Shown here: piece by piece, positions 59,269 to 64,000 of the stretch
Layout of the letters: each line of letters starts with the position of its first letter
How positions within the stretch are numbered: the stretch's first letter is position 1
Assembly: GCA_951406725.2 (NCBI GenBank)
Contig: OX597833.1
Location: forward strand, 1,116,001 to 1,180,000
Length of the DNA stretch: 64,000 nt
Direction: 5' to 3'
From: Octopus vulgaris
Taxonomy: Eukaryota
Position numbers and translations under genes: made by a program
Notes under the pieces: generated by a model
Database searches by the model: none
Told to the model about the DNA's origin: nothing
Seen by the model: the letters and a program-made list of their open reading frames with translations, nothing else

Positions 59269-59505
59269 CAGGTTGGGTGAAAAGTAAGTACAATTAAAAA
59301 TAGGTAATAAAATCCAGATTCCTTTTACAAGTTTATTACGTCAACCAGTTTCCTCAAACGGCCATGGATGTAATGAACATCCTTCTGAAGGATGTCGTCT
59401 GGCGTATCTTTGAGAACCTCCTGAATCCGTGTCTCCAATCCTCCAGTGTGCGAGGTTTTGTCTGGTGCACCTCCTCATTTGTGTAACCCCCACAGGTAAA
59501 ACTCA
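59267..59505 (-). mobile_element. Tc1/mariner 3' remnant
   Basis: FYLWG...EVHQTKPRTLE...RIQEV...RLRKLV (frameshifted); TA-CAGG terminus. Confidence 0.7.
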
Positions 59506-59548
59506 CATAGGAGTATATAAGAAAATAGACAAGTATAAGGTATAAGAA

Positions 59549-59778
59549 GGCGGAGAGCTGGCAGAAACGTTAGCATGCCGGACGAAATGCTTTGCGGTAT
59601 TTCGTCTACCGTTACGTTCTGAGTTCAAATTCCGCTGAGGTCGACTTTGCCTTTCATCCTTTCGGGGTCGATAAATTAAGTACCAGTTACGCACTGGGGT
59701 CGATGTAATCGACTTAATCCGTTTGTCTGTCCTTGTTTTTCCTCTCTGTGTTTAGCCCCTTGTGGGTAGTAAAGAAAT
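59549..59778 (+). mobile_element. SINE family 2, full-length monomer
   Basis: Head with A/B boxes plus one body; candidate TSD aggtataag at 59538 and 59779. Confidence 0.88.
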
Positions 59779-60275
59779 AGGTATAAGTTCATATATCTGC
59801 CTTGTGAGCAGATTTGGTAGACGGAAACTGAAAGAAGCCCGTCGTATATATATATGTGTGTGTGTGTGCCTTTGTATTTATGTTTGTAGGCTCCCACCAC
59901 CATCGCTTGACAACCGATGCTCCGGTATATATGTCTCCGTAACTTCGCGGTTCGACATAACGGCGGTCAAATTTCTGAAACGCGTAAAAGAATAAAATAA
60001 TGTGTGCGTGAGTATGTGGGTGTGTGTGGGTGGGGGGAATTATGTATTATAATTTAAAGTTAGGCAAACTTTGAATTACTGAAAGTCTTGAAAACTTTTT
60101 AATTATGGATGAAACATAACGAACAATCGTAAGACTTGTGTGAGCAGACAAAATTTTTGTCTTTCAGAAGTGCCGGAAATGGTGGAATACGCTTCCTATT
60201 GAAGCCAAGGAACTTATTCAATTATTTAACATTTTTAAAAGCAGCCAGTGAATCATGGTGCTTCTTTAAACAAGA

Positions 60276-60405
<130 letters not shown>

Positions 60406-60654
60406 AAATGGGTGAGAGAGTAAGAAAGAGAAAGATAGAGATATAAGGAGAGATATCAAGTGACAGATAGAAAAAAGGTATATGTCTGTATGTCTGTGTG
60501 TTGGTGTATGTGTGTGTGTGCATGCATACCTTCGTACATACACACGCATAGACAAATACTCACATACGCACATTCACTCACATACAGTCATACACTCACA
60601 GACTCACACACACACATAGTCATAGACAGACATTCACGCATGTAAATATTCATT

Positions 60655-60718
<64 letters not shown>

Positions 60719-60895
60719 TGTATGTATATGTATTATATATATTATTGCTTACCAACCACATGGTCCTGGGTTCAGTCCCACTGCGACGCGAGCCACCTTA
60801 GAGAAATGTCTTCTGCAATAGCCTCAGGGCGATGAAAGCCTTGTGAGCGGATTTGTTAGTCGGAAAATGAAAGCCCGTCGCCTTATGTGTAGCTA

Positions 60896-60926
<31 letters not shown>

Positions 60927-60928
<2 letters not shown>

Positions 60929-61340
60929 CAAAATAAAAACATGATGCCAAGGATTCAGCGGTACATATGTTTCGGGCCTTTATTAGACAGATTTATAACA
61001 ATGCATAATGTATGTCTGTGGCCTTTTTCAGCCGCGCACAACAGCTTCCACAAGGACATGTGTTACATCAAAAATTCTTGGTTGGGGATGCAAATCCTCT
61101 CATTCGCGTACGACATAATGCGGCAACAGCATAGAATTGAAGCGTCCATCTCTTTCTTCTCTCAATGTAGAATTTGCATCCCCAACCAAGAATTTTTGAT
61201 GTAACACATGTCCTTGTGGAAGCTGTTGTGCGCGGCTGAAAAAGGCCACAGACATACATTATGCATTGTTATAAATCTGTCTAATAAAGGCCCGAAACAT
61301 ATGTACCGCTGAATCCTTGGCATCATGTTTTTATTTTGAT
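60927..61340. mobile_element. Inverted-repeat element with two CATATG-family hammerheads (60958-61035 -, 61232-61309 +)
   Basis: 169-bp arms 60927-61095 and 61172-61340 around a 76-bp spacer; homologous to 49600-49868 and 37578-37790. Confidence 0.88.
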
Positions 61341-61411
61341 CAATTTATTCCACCACCTACACCACCAAACGGTATACACAGGTGCTTATAATTATCAAGT
61401 ACTCACTCCGA

Positions 61412-61485
<74 letters not shown>

Positions 61486-61887
61486 GTATGTATATATACA
61501 TTTATATCATACACACATACACACACACATATACGTATTATTTATGCTTATATACATGAATGAATGTATGGATATCTGTGAGTTTCACTGGCATCAATTT
61601 TTGAACCGCAGCCATGTTTTGGCAACACTTTGAAGTGTTTTACTTGTCTATTTTGATCAAAACAATTTATTTAGTTCTAAAATTATCACTCTGGATGCAG
61701 TATGAATTTTCACTGCGTGCATGCGAGAGTTTGCTTGCGCGCTAGTTCCCATGTATGTGTGAGAGAGAGAGAAATCTAATCTGAAATCTAATAGAACATG
61801 GTTAAAATTGAACATCGGGTCCATTTAATCCCGTAACCGTTACATCCATCATCATCTTTACCCAAATAATGAACTACAAGTGAAACC

Positions 61888-62070
61888 CCTTTCTTTACTA
61901 CCCACAAGGGGCTAAACACAGAGGGGCTAAACAAGGACAGACAAACGGATTAAGTCGATTATATCGACCCCAGTGCGTAACTGGTACTTAATTTATCGAC
62001 CCCGAAAGGATGAAAGGCAAAGTCGACCTCGCCGGAATTTGAACTCAGAACGTAACGGCAGACGAAATAC
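61888..62070 (-). mobile_element. Head-less SINE family 2 unit with target-site duplication
   Basis: Starts at GTATTTCGTCTG; flanked by aagtgaaacc on both sides. Confidence 0.85.
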
Positions 62071-62559
62071 AAGTGAAACCGTCACCCAGATAGATATATG
62101 ACCCTTATAAAACTTGAACATATGATTCAATTATTCATAAGGGAAGCAAAATTTGTAAGGGTTAACTCCCATTTAAACCACTAAAGAACCGTACACGTCT
62201 AGGTGGATATAAAGGACAACATTGAAATATTGATAATCATGAAACTACCTGAAAGAGACGGGAAACGATGTCTGTGAATCCTGACAGGGTGTGAAACTAC
62301 AGAGAGAATTTTTCTCCGTGTTAACTGCAATAGATATGCGTTTTAACAGTTGGATCGTGTTACACACATGTGTCAACTGACCTAAACTTTGCTTATGCCT
62401 AAACACTGCTTGGCGGTAAAATTACGGTAATATCCACGACGTCGGTGGCCGACTAGTGCAAATCAGTCGATGACAGATAGATAGACAGATAGATAGATAG
62501 ATAGATATATAGATAGATATATAGACGGACAGACAGACAGACGGACAGACACACAGATA

Positions 62560-63112
62560 CATAAGTTTCTTTATTGGCCACACAGGGCTGCACGCAGATG
62601 GGACAAGTTACAAGGTAGAGCTTTTCTTTTGGGGGATGAAAAAAATGGGGTGGCGTAGGTTTTCTATCAAGAGGGATCGTAAAAGGGAAGAAAAGAACAA
62701 AAAAAAATAAAAAATGAAAAAAATAAATAGAATAAAAAATAAAAAGAATAAAAGAAAAAAAAAGGGAAAGGAACAAAAGAAAAGAGAAATGAAAAAAGAA
62801 GAAAAGGGGGAAAAAAGGGGGAAGAGGAAAAAAAAAGAAAAAAGAACGATCAATAGGGATCGTGTATCACAGTGTTATGATATATGGTGTAAAGGGGAAA
62901 GCAAGTAAGGTTTATCCGTGGGAAGAAAAGCCTACGAAAAAGACCACGGTAACCTTGGTCAATATTGTTATATGTTACCACATTTGTTTGCAAGTGGGTA
63001 ACCCTCTGTTTTCAATTTCTGGGTTCATAGGATCATGCTCAAGGTGGCTTCGTCATTCATACGTGCCATCCTTGCTACATTCACCCATCTTTTTTTAAAA
63101 CATTCGCTAGAC
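62560..63112 (-). mobile_element. Probable L1/Tx1-type LINE 3' end in a GATA/GACA microsatellite
   Basis: Short ORF end SECFKKRWVNVARM...L*, pyrimidine-rich 3' UTR, AATAAA near the end, acacagata on both flanks. Confidence 0.45.
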
Positions 63113-63476
63113 ACAGATAGATAGATACATACATACATACATACATACATACATACATACATACATACATAGTGAGAATTTACAAAAATACAAACGGCAA
63201 AGACGGGTATGGAAACAACAAATAGATGTATTAGTTTAACGCTCGGGAAGTGAGAAAGTCTTTCACGTTTCGAGCCTACGCTCTTCGACAGAAAGGAACA
63301 GAAATAAACAGGGTGAGAAAATAGAAAAAAGGTTTAGTATATATATATATCTATTAGTATATATTTAAAAGCCATTTCGCTAATTCCGGAGATATGTATA
63401 CGTCTATGAGTGCGTGCGTGGTCATAAGTTGCACTCATCTCTCTCTCTCTCTCTACATATATATATATACATATAT

Positions 63477-63597
<121 letters not shown>

Positions 63598-63787
63598 AAA
63601 CAGACAGAGAGACAGACATACAGACAGATCCGTATTTGACCATTCTCTCAATATATACCGATTTGTCCAGTTTCAATACATTTTCAGAGATATTGTTTTT
63701 CTTGTGAATGCTGTTTAACGAATCGCTTGAATGGTCCATTTCTTGCCACGACCGAACATGTTACCAAATGCGCACCGTTTCTCATTA

Positions 63788-63826
<39 letters not shown>

Positions 63827-63920
63827 AACACATACACAACACGCACGCAGATGCAGTCACGTACACGCTGTCCGTCTATCTCTTCTGCCAATTGTACAAA
63901 TATACGTATGTATATATATC

Positions 63921-63951
<31 letters not shown>

Positions 63952-64000
63952 ATGTATGTATGTATGCATGTATGCATGTATGTATATATCTATGTATGTA

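Overview
AT-rich, microsatellite-saturated animal genomic DNA, most likely an octopus (inferred from the SINE/LINE families and repeat landscape, not proven). The only well-supported protein-coding gene is a soluble guanylate cyclase beta-1 subunit on the minus strand, with four consecutive phase-compatible exons (4825-4725, 4571-4267, 3163-3003, 1027-738). It continues off the left edge, and its N-terminal 'YGFVN' exon was not found. The rest is intron/upstream DNA with tRNA-derived SINEs, 3' fragments of CR1-type and R4/Dong-type LINEs, Tc1/mariner, Helitron and MITE remnants, simple repeats and one 100-N gap. Nearly all long ORFs in the ORF track are microsatellite artefacts. The most striking signal is more than a dozen minimal type I hammerhead ribozyme motifs from at least five short element families next to (TA)n tracts. 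Each family has its own self-complementary stem III, and three loci are long fold-back palindromes carrying two ribozymes (Penelope-like pseudo-LTR architecture). A SINE also forms head-less 184-bp multimers through a fixed junction.
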